DNA of 64,000 bases from Camelus dromedarius (taxonomy: Eukaryota), in the NCBI RefSeq assembly GCF_036321535.1, contig NC_087472.1, positions 82,336,001-82,400,000 on the forward strand, read 5' to 3'. The position numbers were made by a program, and so were the translations under genes. A model generated the notes under the pieces. The model was not told the origin of the DNA. It worked only from the letters and a program-made list of their open reading frames with translations, and did no database searches. Shown one piece after another: positions 38,575 through 50,445 of the stretch. Every line of letters starts with the position of its first letter. The stretch's first letter is position 1.

Positions 38575-38940
38575 GAAAATTTGGGTGACGTATTTAACTA
38601 TACACTTCAGTTTTTTCATCAGTAGATTGGCATACTTTACGGTTGTGATGATTAAAATAATACATGTAAAGCATATAAGCCGAGTGCCTGGCACATAGTA
38701 ATTGCTTAGTAAATGATAACTGCTCATAGTAGTAACATCATCTGCTTTAATAATAGTAACATCATCTGCTTTAATAATAGTACCTGTGAATTACATAGTA
38801 TTTTTCCATTCTACAAATGAAGAAATTAACACTTAAGGAGGGTAATTTGCCTAAGATTGTCCAGCTAAGATGTGGAACTAGGATTGAACCCAGGGAATCT
38901 AACTCCAGAGATCAGTCTTGCAGCAGTGCTATTAAACTGC
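38575..38940. mobile_element. Two MIR fragments in opposite orientation (+ at 38575-38725, - at 38785-38940)
   Basis: tacatgtaaagca...gtgcctggcacatagta, followed by ccattctacaaatgaagaaatt...ggattgaacccagg. Confidence 0.75.
38730..38782. repeat. 24 bp tandem duplication (tagtaacatcatctgctttaataa) x2.2
   Basis: Perfect copies at 38730-38753 and 38754-38777. Confidence 0.95.
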
Positions 38941-39695
38941 CTTATTCATTTGTTTTCCAAAAATTAATTGGACATACTTACATGCCAGGTACTGTTTGTC
39001 AATAATAACATTATTTATATTGAATACAGAGGAAAATACCCCAAATGTGATGAAGATTGGCATAATAACATTGTATTACTCTTTTTTATTTTGACAAAGC
39101 CTAATCCAAATATTTAAGCATATTTATAAATAACATCTACTTAATAAATACTGGAATCAATGAATATTGCTTCTCCCAGGATGGTGAACCACATAATAAC
39201 AAATAAATAAGGTATTTATAAAACCTTGGATTTTTACGGTGCATTGTTCATACATTTAGATAGGAATTAAGTGAGGAAATTTCTTACTTTTTTCTTTTAC
39301 TCATTTTTAAAGTTACCAACAAAACATTACCCCTTGTTTTCTAACTACTAGAAAGCAGAGAATTCATAAACCACTTGCCTCTTTATCCTATAGTTGTGAA
39401 ATACTGTGTTCTGAATAGAAGCATCCATGGTTGAGTTTAAACAGAAAATGATCTATTGGTTTCATATGCAGTGGGATCCTTTCAATATGCTTGACTTTTG
39501 CCTCTCAGAGTCTCTGCCATTTCAACTTTCAGTATAAGTAGAACCACAGTGAGTTTTTTGTTTGTTTTTAAAAACCAAAGAGGTTTACTTGGTACCTATT
39601 ATCAACCAAGCTATCACCTGTTAATCCTGTAGTTTAGGGTCCCTGATAGAGTCATATGAATACTTTTCTGTTTGGTGGTGTTTTTCACTCAGAAA

Positions 39696-40706
39696 TCAAC
39701 CAGAAGGTTGTATATGTGGTGAATCAGATTTTGTAAAGAGATTGTATAGTGTCTTCTTGAACGTTTTATCTAAAAAGATAAAGATAATGGGGTCTGTGCT
39801 ACTTCTGGCCGATGCAAGACAGGTGAGGATGTTTTTTATTTCGATTAAATGATTCAGTTGCTGACAGTTCTCTCTTTGGTGTAGAACAAAAAAAATAGGT
39901 TTAAAAATGCTATATGGAAGGAAGCAAACTATTAGGAGAATCTGGATGACCAAAAGATGCCTTTTCACAGAGCTGTAAGTCAAACTCTTCTCTGTAATGG
40001 ATGTACAGGTCCTTATTTTTCTCAGATGGCTGACAAAAGAGTAGTACGATGTTACTACAACTAAAAATGAAAACCCAGTAAATGTGGTTCCAATGAGGCC
40101 TGCGATCTGAGAGATCATGGCTCCCAGTTCCGTCTGCCGGTTGTAGCACAGGCTCTCATCTCCTTCCGTAGCCTCCACAGCTGAATAGTATATGATAACC
40201 GGAATAATTATGCCCAGTACAGCCACCCATATGTAAACACACAGTTTTCTAGCAAACTCAGGCTGGCGAAATTTTTTCAGTAAATGGCCGTAAAATATTT
40301 TCTCATAGCACGAAGTGGTCTCTTGTATGGAATCCTTTTTCATTAAGGTAGCATAGCGGCTTATGGCAATCCAACTTAAAATTAGGAGGCTGACAAACAT
40401 ACTTACATGCATGGATAGAGTTCCCAAAAAATTGACCACCCTGCATTGTGCAGATTTATATTCCCATTGAAAACCTTTCAAGAAATAGATACCCATGAAA
40501 GGCATGGCAGTGCACACAAGTAAGTTTGCAGTCACAAGATGTGCTAGGTAGATGTGCGTTGGTGTTCTCTTAGCTATTTTTGTTAAAAAGATCCATTGAG
40601 AGAGAGAATTTCCAAAGAGACCAATGATACAAAGGAACATATAAATGATGGGTAAAGCCATGGAAGAGATCATGGATGGTTGAATACATGTTGAGTTGTT
40701 ACTCAT
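39696..40706 (-). CDS. GPR82: G protein-coupled receptor 82 (orphan class A GPCR), 336 aa, intact
   Basis: Seven hydrophobic segments. N-terminus MSNNSTCIQPSMISSMALPIIY, atypical SRY and DPIIF motifs and 336 aa length match GPR82 as recalled. Antisense in CASK intron 5. Confidence 0.97.
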   Translation of the reverse strand: MSNNSTCIQPSMISSMALPIIYMFLCIIGLFGNSLSQWIFLTKIAKRTPTHIYLAHLVTANLLVCTAMPFMGIYFLKGFQWEYKSAQCRVVNFLGTLSMHVSMFVSLLILSWIAISRYATLMKKDSIQETTSCYEKIFYGHLLKKFRQPEFARKLCVYIWVAVLGIIIPVIIYYSAVEATEGDESLCYNRQTELGAMISQIAGLIGTTFTGFSFLVVVTSYYSFVSHLRKIRTCTSITEKSLTYSSVKRHLLVIQILLIVCFLPYSIFKPIFFVLHQRENCQQLNHLIEIKNILTCLASARSSTDPIIFIFLDKTFKKTLYNLFTKSDSPHIQPSG

Positions 40707-40740
40707 TTATATCAGATTTCCTTGAATTTTGCCACAGGAG

Positions 40741-40760
40741 CTAGAACAGAATTGCAGACA
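40741..40760 (-). promoter_or_regulatory. GPR82: Probable splice acceptor of the GPR82 coding exon
   Basis: Minus strand ctgcaattctgttctag|ctcctgtgg, 34 nt upstream of the ATG. Confidence 0.45.
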
Positions 40761-41762
40761 TTTAACATTAAAATTATCGATGGTATTTAAGCTGAATCGT
40801 ATTTTTTAAAAAGCATTGGATAAAGTAAAATAGTAACATGAATGTATTGGATGGAAAAGGAAAGTATAGATGCCTTCTCACCTTTCCTAATCACAATTGT
40901 CCGAGTGAAATAAAAGCAGAAGGTTGATTATTGTGGATACTGGCTTTGTCTAAAAAACAAAATTTGATAGAAATAGTTAAATGCTGAGATTTATTATTTT
41001 ATACTAGAGTTCTTATACTAGATTTTAAAGCAATTTGTAAATGACAATTGATTTTGGCCTAGAAAGGTAACTTAATAATTTAAGACACATGCAAGCAATA
41101 CCTACTAGCCAAAGGAAAGTGTTGCGAAATTATTTTGTAGCCACGTTAACAGAGGGAAGACTGATTTTTAATTAATCACCTTAATCGTACATAAGTACTT
41201 TTCAAAATGGTGTCTTTTCATGGCTAGATTAAAGAACTTGTCTATAATCTTAACACTGTTAGAAGTCTCTTCATGTTTCAGGAGTAAACTTAATTCTACA
41301 TCAGCAAATACTCAGGCAAGATCTTGAACGGAAAGAAAGTGTAGTGACCAAAGATAACACCAAAATCCCAGAGTCCTTACCAAAGAGCATCAGTAATTTC
41401 TTATTTCAAATATTTAATGCTAATCTATGATACTTCAGTAAAAAAGCTTAGTTTCGGATTCTGTGTCAAAGCTGTAGTTGCTACTGCTTGTTGGTTAGAG
41501 CGCCCTCATGTGTCTTTGTGTGTAATTTAGTATCTTGGTTTTTCAGAGAATTTTTTTTAAGAAGATACTTAATCGCAGCCTAAATGCAGGTAGGATTTTA
41601 TGTCTAATTTTGAATTTTTTTTTGCTTCAGAGGGTACACAGGAAGTGTTTTAAGAGTCACATATAAACTCCTTTTCATTCTTATTTTTCTTGTTCCTTTA
41701 GTTCTTTCAGATGGGAATAAGAAAAGATTTTGGATTTTGGTCAAATAAAAATCACGAGCTCA

Positions 41763-41900
41763 GGGTGAGAAGGTATAGCTCAAATGGTAGAGCGTGTGTT
41801 TAGCGTGCACGAGGTCCAGGGTTCAATCCCCAGTACCTCCACTGAAAAACCAAATAAATAAACGAATCTAATTACCTCCCCCCTGCAAAAAAAAAAAAAA
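41763..41900 (+). mobile_element. Camelid tRNA-Ala-derived SINE (vic-1-like)
   Basis: Box A tagctcaaatgg, AGC anticodon-like loop, box B ggttcaatccc, body aataaataaac...taattacctccccc, polyA tail. Same family as 14678-14835. Confidence 0.92.
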
Positions 41901-43234
41901 GAGCTCTATTCAGAATATGCATCATTTCTCTGTATTTTTTACTATACCTTTCTAAGTACCACACTTTCTACTCTTTTATAATCCAGAGTGGGGATTCTCA
42001 ATTATTTTTCCCATCATATTCTCTCTTTTGATAAATACAAAAATTTTTACTACATACTGCCTTCTGAGATTCTTACATGTCCCCAGCCCCTCAGGGATAT
42101 TTCACTCTCTACCCCTCTTCAGAATCATGATTACATTTTTTTACATCTTTGATTATAGAAATAAGAGTTTTCCCCCCAAATATATTATTATAATTTTGAA
42201 ATAATTTTTTAAACCAAACAGTTTTCGCCCAAATACTTGAAAGCTTGAGGGCTGTACGCTGACTCAAGGTTCAAGTACTGAGACCCTTAATGTCTAACAG
42301 TGTCTTTAGCATTTTATTTTGTTGCTTTCCAACTTTTATTTAGAGAACAGTCCATATGCTTCAAAGTGCTTTTGTATCCGAATCCAGTACAGCCTGGCAA
42401 ATTGGAATTGACTTAAAAATCAGTCAAATACAGTGAAATTAGCCAGTTTATTTCTTAAGAAAAATTTATCTAATCAAAGTAGATTTTTGTATTACATAAG
42501 GAATGAAGCTTCCTTTTATGATGATATTAAAGAAAAACATTAGCCCCTGCACTTGCATAGATAATACATTATATGTACTAAAATCGGAAAAGGTGGTGCT
42601 TCTGTATTAATGGATAGTATGCCTTTTTTTTTTTTAAACTAGACCACTTCATACAGCATCTGCTATCTCATATTACTCATTACCATTACCTAATTTTCTA
42701 TTTCAAACTAGCAAATTCTTCAGAACAGAAGAGAAGTAAAAAGACTTTCACAGAGGCTGGCTTTATCAGACAGATGACATTGAGACTCTAGGAATCTTCA
42801 CTATAACAAACAACTAGGTTACCATCTTTAGCTCCCCAAATATCAACTTGTATCTACTATGTACCTCTCCTGTAAAAATAAAGTTTGATTATAAAACTAC
42901 TAGATAATTATTTTCTAAAATTTAGAAAATACTATAGAGCTTAAGAAATAAAAATTATGTGTTGTATATACAGAATTGCCCCCTAGAAAATGTGTACAAG
43001 TTTGCATTCCCCTCAGCAAAACATCTTGAGTCACTCCTGTACACACTGTGCCTCTGCTAATTTGACAAATGAAATAAGAAGTCAACAATTCTAACTTCAG
43101 TTCTAACGATTATCTACATAATTAATATGCTGACTACCTTTCTTAATGATAAGCTTTCAAAATTTAAGCATTTTAGCCCTGTTAGAGTTTTTATAGAATT
43201 AACTTTTAAGCTAAAAGTGAATGATCAGTCTTAC

Positions 43235-43340
43235 CTCTGAGTAGTTTATGCCAACCAAGGCTCTATTGTTCAGGGCGGTGATGCTAAATTTCAGACTTAA
43301 AGTTCTCTGATCATCACTCTTCCGGTATATTTCAGTTTTA
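43235..43340 (-). other. GPR82: Candidate GPR82 5' non-coding exon and promoter-proximal region
   Basis: Strong minus-strand donor cagag|gtaaga at 43235/43234, 2.5 kb upstream of the ATG. Nearby ETS (CCGGAAG) and IRF-like (AAACTGAAA) motifs. The 5' limit is unknown. Confidence 0.3.
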
Positions 43341-44724
43341 GTCAGTGTGAATAGACTCTTGCATGACACCAACTATAGTGGGAAGAAAACAAAATTAAAC
43401 AGAATATTGAAGAAATTCAGTAGTCATAGTAAATGTAGCAACTATCTTCTCAAAAAAAAAGAACCCTCATTTCTCTATTTCTATAGTGGGAGGAAGTTGT
43501 GGACAATATATATATACTGTGCTTCCTTATGATTATTTCATGAACCGGTTACACCTCACTTAGCTTCATTAGCATGTTTGGCAGAAGTTAAGTTCAAAGG
43601 TTTACATCCCCATGGCTAGTTAGTTTTATACAACACAGTAGTAGAGGGAACCAATCCATAGTAACTCAGTAAACTCTGGTACAAATTTGTCTGTAAAGTC
43701 ATTTGTGGATGGCTTGTTTGCAGTTCATCTTGATCAAGAATAAAGGGAAACAAAACTCAACATTTTCTTACTTGTAGCAGGTTACTGGAATCAAATATCA
43801 TAGAGCTGGAATAGAACTTTAAGATCATCTGTGGGTAGAAACCCTTGAGGAGAAAGAAGTGAGGCCCTGAGCAGTACGCTGTAAGCACAGGCCACACCCA
43901 GGGGTTTGGGTCTCCTCTTGGTTACTAAGGAACTAATCCATCCTACTTCAAATTGTCCTGTGCTGCCTCCATTCGTGTTCAAAGTAGCACATTGTTTGGA
44001 GCATTTCATAATGGATTTGGGGAATCCTGGAAAGTTCCAGAATCTGAAGACCAATTATACCTGAGATAAAATGAATAGTTATATTACGATATAAAGAATT
44101 GTGGAACCAGTTTTATGTAGAGGATTGTTTAATCAGTCTGTGAACTCTTAACTAAATGAAAGCCGACTGCGTATAGCTGGGGAGCTGGACCCTCATCACG
44201 CATCCCTTCCTTGGGTAGTTAAACCAGTGGGAGTCTGAGAATAGGAACAGAAATCTAATTTCATCAAGCCTGAGCATTTTAGTTTTCAGGGAATCTTCAT
44301 TTAAAATTAATAGAAGTACTTTGCCATTTCTCATAACCCCCGATGCTTATCTTCTTGCACGTTGATTGCATAAATTCTTCATAATGTTTGCTACTATTTC
44401 TCTCTGAAACAAAGTGAGGACTACCTGAGTGTCTTGATTCTGTTCTGCTGCTATTCATCTTTGCAGTGCTTGCCATCATCTAATTAAGAACAGTGACTCA
44501 TCCAGGCTTCCATGGCCATTGATTGCAGAGTAGTTTGCCTCTGGAACTCCTATCATCTTTACTTCAAGAATTTTTCATGTTCCAGGAAGGAATTATTTAG
44601 AACAACAACAACAAAACAAAAACAGTTTGAAGCAATTTAGAGAAGAAAGAATGGGAAAAGAATGTTGTTTATAAGTGATTGACAGATAATTTTAGTATTA
44701 CTTGTTTGAGGCTTAAGCACCTTT

Positions 44725-44727
44725 GGT

Positions 44728-44763
<36 letters not shown>

Positions 44764-44783
44764 ACCTATATATATATATATAT
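44725..44783. repeat. (AT)n microsatellite forming a perfect 42 bp palindrome, plus a (TA)n extension
   Basis: ggtcct(at)15aggacc at 44725-44766, followed by more TA units. Confidence 0.95.
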
Positions 44784-44949
44784 CCTTTCTCTCCACAAGT
44801 TATCTTCCATTGTCCTCAAACTCAGAAGATGATGCCATCATTTCTAAGGTTATTCAAGCCCCAAACCTATGAGTCATCCTCAATTCCTCTCTTGCTTTCA
44901 CATCTCACATCCAATCAGCTGCTGCTACTGCAGCTTCTAGGACCACCAC

Positions 44950-45340
44950 CATTATTAGCTGCATTTCATGGAAGTGTATTATGTGCCAGGCATCCTGATC
45001 TGTGCTTTACATGCATGTCTTATTTAATAATCACAATACCCAATGAAGTAAGTAGTATGAAATAAGTATCTTCATTTTAAGAGTAAGGAAAATGAACCTC
45101 AGAAAGGTCACATAACTTGCCCAAGGTCATAACCACCATCTGTCCTTACAACATGGTAGCTGGCTACCACCAGAGTAAGCGAATGAAGAGAACAAGGTCA
45201 TAGCTGCAGTGTCTTTTTTTGATCTAGCCTCTAAAGTCAACACTGTCACTTTTGTAGTATTCTGTTGGTCACACGGGACTAGCAGTAATTCAGTGTGGGA
45301 GGGATAAATATCAGGAGGTGATGGTTGTTGGGAGCCATCT
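44950..45340 (-). mobile_element. MIR fragment followed by an MLT1-like LTR fragment
   Basis: cttcattttaagagtaaggaaaatgaacctcagaaaggtcacataacttgcccaaggtca, then caacatggtagctggct...ggagccatcttggaa. Confidence 0.65.
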
Positions 45341-48300
45341 TGGAAACCGGCTAATGCAGATGTCGGTCAACCTTTGAACCAAGGAAGAGTCAGAAGTACT
45401 GCTTAAAATGATGGTCAGACAACTGATAATTTATCAGGCAAGACTGCCTGTATCGGTGTAATTTTTGCCATTTCTTCCTTTATTTTGATTTTTAGTGCAC
45501 TATAGTTTTCTTAAACAGTGCAATTCACTTCACAAATATTTATTGGAGTCCCTGCTGTGTTTCTAGTGGAGTGTGGAGGTTACAGAAGAGATATATTAGC
45601 CACAAGCTAATTCAGGGTCTCTGGAAATTCAAGAGATTCCACAAGCAAGCCAAGAATTCAGATTAATACATGTTGTATGGTACAGACTTTAAATGCTCTA
45701 TAAATGAGAAAAGGGAGAAAACAGTGAATCAAAGTGATTCTGACAGGCCAGGAGAACTAGAAGGAAAGAGAAGAGAACACATAGTAAACAGCAGTTCTGT
45801 GCCAGTACCAGGCAGAGCATTTTCCATAGAAGAGCCCTAACAATGGGTGGTGGTAGTCCTGTCTTACACATGAGGACATTGAGTTACAAAGGGTTAAATA
45901 GCATGCCCAAGGTGGCACAACTAGTAAATTAACTCTAAAGCATGTGTTTGGTTTTTTTTTTTTTCCAACCTCACCCTCTGCCTTAGCAGAAATAATGGTT
46001 TTTCTCTAGGGTACCTTATTATAGGGAAACTGGAGTCAAGTTTTGTATGCTTTTTAACTTCATTCAGACAGGGTTTCCTGTTCTAGGCTCTGAGGTAGCA
46101 GAATTGACTATGGAAGAACTCAAACCCAATTTTTTTCCTATTCTTGAAAACCTTGGACTTCATTAAGCTACTTTTTTAATCCCATCAATATCAGTATAAA
46201 TTCTTTATGACTTAAGTTATTTTGAGTTCCCTAATTGAAATATAAAGAAATTTTTATTTCCATTTTTCTAAGATACTAGGAAATATTATTGCAATTGGTC
46301 AAAAGTATAAATGTCAGAGAATATAAGATTAACAAAAACATAACTCATCAGGCAGAAATTTTAAAAATTGCAAGTTCTCTGTAAAGGTAGCCCCTTGAAC
46401 TTTTCTCACTCAGGTCACCAATAGTTTTCTTGGGTTCTCATTTATCTTTCTCGTGCATCTGCTCTTCAAAGTTCTGCTTCTGTTATCCAAGTCTAAATGC
46501 TCCTGCCCAACTGTTCTAATTACTTCCTGTATCATCCACCAAATACTGGCCTCCTGTGTGTTCTGCTCTGACCCTTATGATTTACTCCTTGAGATGTTAG
46601 AGCAGCTCCCCAGAGTGTCATTCCTGCCTTGTGTGAAGTTTCCTGCTTTTGAAATATTTGTTTGAGTATGAAGTGTGTTTTTAACTCTGGCCTCAGAATT
46701 CGTCTGGAGTGGTTCAGTAAGAATGGTTCAAGGGGCACGCATGCTGTAAATTATTTTGCCAACCTGTAGTGAGCTGTATTCACCAGGGGTGCATGAGAGC
46801 TTTCCTGACTCACAAGGATTATTGGGGTTAGGATTAGGGTCCCTTTTCAAGCTGCCTTGGAGTCAGAACCCAGAGGACACAGGACAGCTCAGTCATACCA
46901 GAACTTTGTGCTTCAATTAGACAGTTATTTGGGGCTACCCAAGCTCGAGTCTTCTAAAGTTGCGATGGTTGGTCTTTTAAATACTCTTCTCTGACCCCTC
47001 GGGAGGCTGGATGTGGGAAGAGAAGACATGCCTTATATAGTCCACAGGAGAACATCACATTCAAAAGATAGTTTCTTCAAGGAGGGGTGGGGGACAGTGG
47101 AAGCCTTTATCCAGTTCACTGCACACCCGAACCAGTGGTTGCCTTTAGGAGGAGTGAAGCTGAGCTCTCTTAGTCAGAGCTGTGGTTTGCTCAAGGCACA
47201 CTGAGCCCCCCTGCTCTCTTCAGGATGTGGTGTCTGGCCACAGCCCTGTGTCTGTCTCTGCGCGCAGGCTCTCGCCACCCACTACAAGCAGCTGTAATCA
47301 TGGCCGTCCCACCCTTAATCAGGATGTGAAGATTTTCTGCTTGTTCCACAAGCTGGTTTCTCAGCCAACCATGGGAGTATTTCCCTTAAAAACTATTTTG
47401 AAACAGCAGAAACTATGGCCCAAAGTTTGGAAATTTATAATAGCACAGAGAAGTGATAAGCCTTGGAAGAAAGGTCTAATGACAAAACATAAATGGACCG
47501 GCCATTCAGAGTTTCACTATACTTCATCTTTGCCTTTTGTCTCTCCACAGAGGCTTGAATGCACTGGATAGACACTGTCTTCTAGAAATGCACACGATAG
47601 AAACATGGTGGCAGTCTTTAGAATTGGAATGACTTCAGAGGTGGGAGTTGGAAAGCAAATGGGAAGTTAGCAGGTTTAAGGAAAGGGAGACTTTAGCATT
47701 GGATTAGAAGAGGCAAAAATATTTTTGAGGACAGTCAAATTTTGAATTTCAACATTGAGTCAGTTAAGTTTGGTTCATATCATGCTTCATAATCGACCTT
47801 TTTTTTTCAAGTTCTTTGAAAAGCCAAAAGTAGATTAAAATTTCTGAAAATGAAGCAATTGGTAGAATTGTAAAAAAATAATGTAAGCAATCATATTGCC
47901 ACAGGTGCAAAACACATACATACACCTATACCCTGGGAAATAATGAGTTGGATTGCACTGAGATACAGGGAATTAAAAAGGCATCATGTATCAGTGCCCA
48001 GAACCCTCACCACTGTCCCTTTCTTCCCAAGACCAAGGTTTCCTGGCTATTTTATTACCAATCACTTCTTTGGAATTTCTAGATTAAATTGTCTTGAGGT
48101 TAAGCCCCCCTGCTCCATATCACTTCCTGTCTTTATTCAAGAGAAAAAAAGAGAGGGGTGTCAAGGGAAGAAGAGGAAGAGCTGGGTATCTGAGGTCTTA
48201 CCTTCTGTACCTATTAATTTCTAGATTTATTTTGTCTTATTAAGAGCCCCAAGTATTGAAGTAACAAGCTTCCCTGAGAACCACTTTTAGAAAATGTATA

Positions 48301-48389
48301 ATAATAATAAATAATAACCACTGAAGTACTTACATATAGAAATTCATTTAGTTGTTACAATATTTAATGGAAATATCTCTGAGATGAAT

Positions 48390-48525
48390 ACCATTTATTA
48401 CTGTCATTTTCTAGATGAGAAGATTTAGGTCCATAGAGGGTAAATAACTTATTGATGATAAGATAACTGGTATATTGTAGGGCCTATATTTGAACCCCGA
48501 TGGTGCGACTTCAGAGCCCATCCAG
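48390..48525 (-). mobile_element. MIR
   Basis: cattttctagatgagaagatttagg...ggtaaataactt...atttgaaccc. Confidence 0.7.
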
Positions 48526-49171
48526 AGCTGCTACTGGAATCTGGATTGTTGTTTTAGAAAAGGTGACCAAGTATCCCCAGTGACCAAAAATGTATCTCGC
48601 TTGTATACCTGTTTCTAGTTTTCATTCTGGAAATTTACTCATTGCTGTCAGCTCCTCATTGTACAGGTACTTTTCCCCTTCGTAATTGATAAGTAATCTG
48701 AGGGTCATATTTTGAGATTTTCTGAATATGGTTTTTCCCTCTCACCCAGTGGATTTTAGTATTTATTGATGGTCCTTGCCTAAATCATTGCTTATATTGG
48801 TGGTTGCATCTTTGTAATGTTTTGACAGATGGAGATACATTAGACTTGAAGTAGTCATTTTAAGGTATCACTCTAAACAAGTCTTGGTGTTTTAGATATT
48901 TCTCAAATTATACTATATGTGGCATAGTTTCTAATACTACCATGTGGTCTCTTCCTCCATCAAAAGTCAGCCTATAATTCCCCCCCAAATAAATAAATTT
49001 TTAAAAAGCCAGCCTAAAATGTGTTGTTTTAATAGACCTCCAAATAAAATACTGAATCCAGGAAATACAAGTTCTCTGGGATTCCATATCTCCAGAAATA
49101 CCTGGTAGAGAAAATTGGAAAGAAGAAACCAGGGTTCAAGTCTGTAGATAATCATTTCTTTGGCAATGCTT

Positions 49172-49190
49172 TGGCCAGCAGAGGGCAGTG
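49172..49190 (+). promoter_or_regulatory. Strong CTCF motif
   Basis: tggCCAGCAGAGGGCAGTG fully fits the core CCASYAGRKGGCR. Motif only, no binding data. Confidence 0.6.
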
Positions 49191-49974
49191 TATCACCAGC
49201 CCTAGTTAAACCTCTTCTGCTGCTGAAGCATAAACTGCCCACCTTGCACTATTTTCCAGCTAGAAACGTCGAACAGTTTAAAAGTTTAGTTTCTTTTAAG
49301 CTCTAACCAAATGATAAACTTTACTTTAGTAGCTGAGAAACACTTTACACCTGATAGAATACAAGTAATGATATGGACAATGGATTTCTGTCCTCAAGAT
49401 GAAAACCCGTTGACACTCATCTGCCTTTAACAGGCTACGTCTTTTGGAGTTTCATTTTGTTTCATTTTGTACGAGTGATTATACCAAGAGTCACCTTTGT
49501 AAAATCATTCACAGCCACAGTTATCCTGGTGGTAAAAAGAAAGTCTGACATTTTATTATGTGAAAGTTTTTCTCATATCTTTTAGCTTTTTAGACTTTAT
49601 TTTTAAAGCCATAGCAATTCATGGACATAGTTTTTAAAAGTCAAGTCCTACTAAAAGGCTTGTAATGAAAACGTGTCATGTCTATTCAGTTGCCTCATTA
49701 TCCAGCATATGCTTGTTTTATCTCTGACAATACAGAGATACTAAATCTTCAGTAACCCTGCCACTCCCCACCCTGCAGTGGTTTGTAAAATAGATAAGTC
49801 CCTTTCTCTCTCACACCCAGATACACACACAGACACATGCACGAGCACACACACAGCTTTCAAACAAAATAATTTGAGGCGTTGTCTTTTTTGTTAATGA
49901 AATTACTATATTTGTTGTCACCTGTTTAGAAATTAATGGTACACATACTTTGTGTTTTATATGCATTATATGCA

Positions 49975-50445
49975 TCATTTATCTATTGCTGCATACCGAA
50001 CCACCCCTAGACTTGGTGGCTTATGACAACAGCCATTTGTTCACTCTCAGTCCTGCAGTTGGTCCTGGGCTCAGCTAGACAGTTCTTTCAGTCTCACCTG
50101 GGGCCATTCATGCAGCTTCTTAGTTATCTGGCAACTCAGCTGAGGCTTGGATGGTCCACAGGGACCTCGACTCATGTCTGGAGCCTCAGCTGAGATGGTT
50201 GTACAGTCTGATCATCTTTCTCCGTGTGATCTTTCACCCTGGGTTCTTTACACCATGTTGGTCTCAGGGTCTCAAAAGTGCAAAACTGGAAGCTGTGAGG
50301 CCTCTTAGGCCTTGCTCAGATGCCATACAATGTCCACCACTTTTAATTGGTCAAAGCAAGTCACAATACCTGCTCAGACTCAAGAGGTGGGCAGAGGCTC
50401 CATGTCTGCATGAGAAGCGCTGCGGAGAATTTTAATCTACCACAT
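49975..50445 (-). mobile_element. MaLR (MLT1-like) LTR
   Basis: atctattgctgcatac...ggtggcttatgacaacagccattt...tctttaattggtcaaagcaagtcac...aatctaccaca. Confidence 0.8.

Noticed and set aside
41763-41840. tRNA-Ala(AGC) gene
   Set aside because: No proper acceptor stem, and it continues into a SINE body and polyA tail with a second family copy at 14678-14835. It is a SINE.
47182-47571. 129 aa plus-strand ORF
   Set aside because: The ORF-track start is a non-ATG codon and there is no homology I recognise. Only its last 7 codons matter, as part of the pseudo-exon finding.
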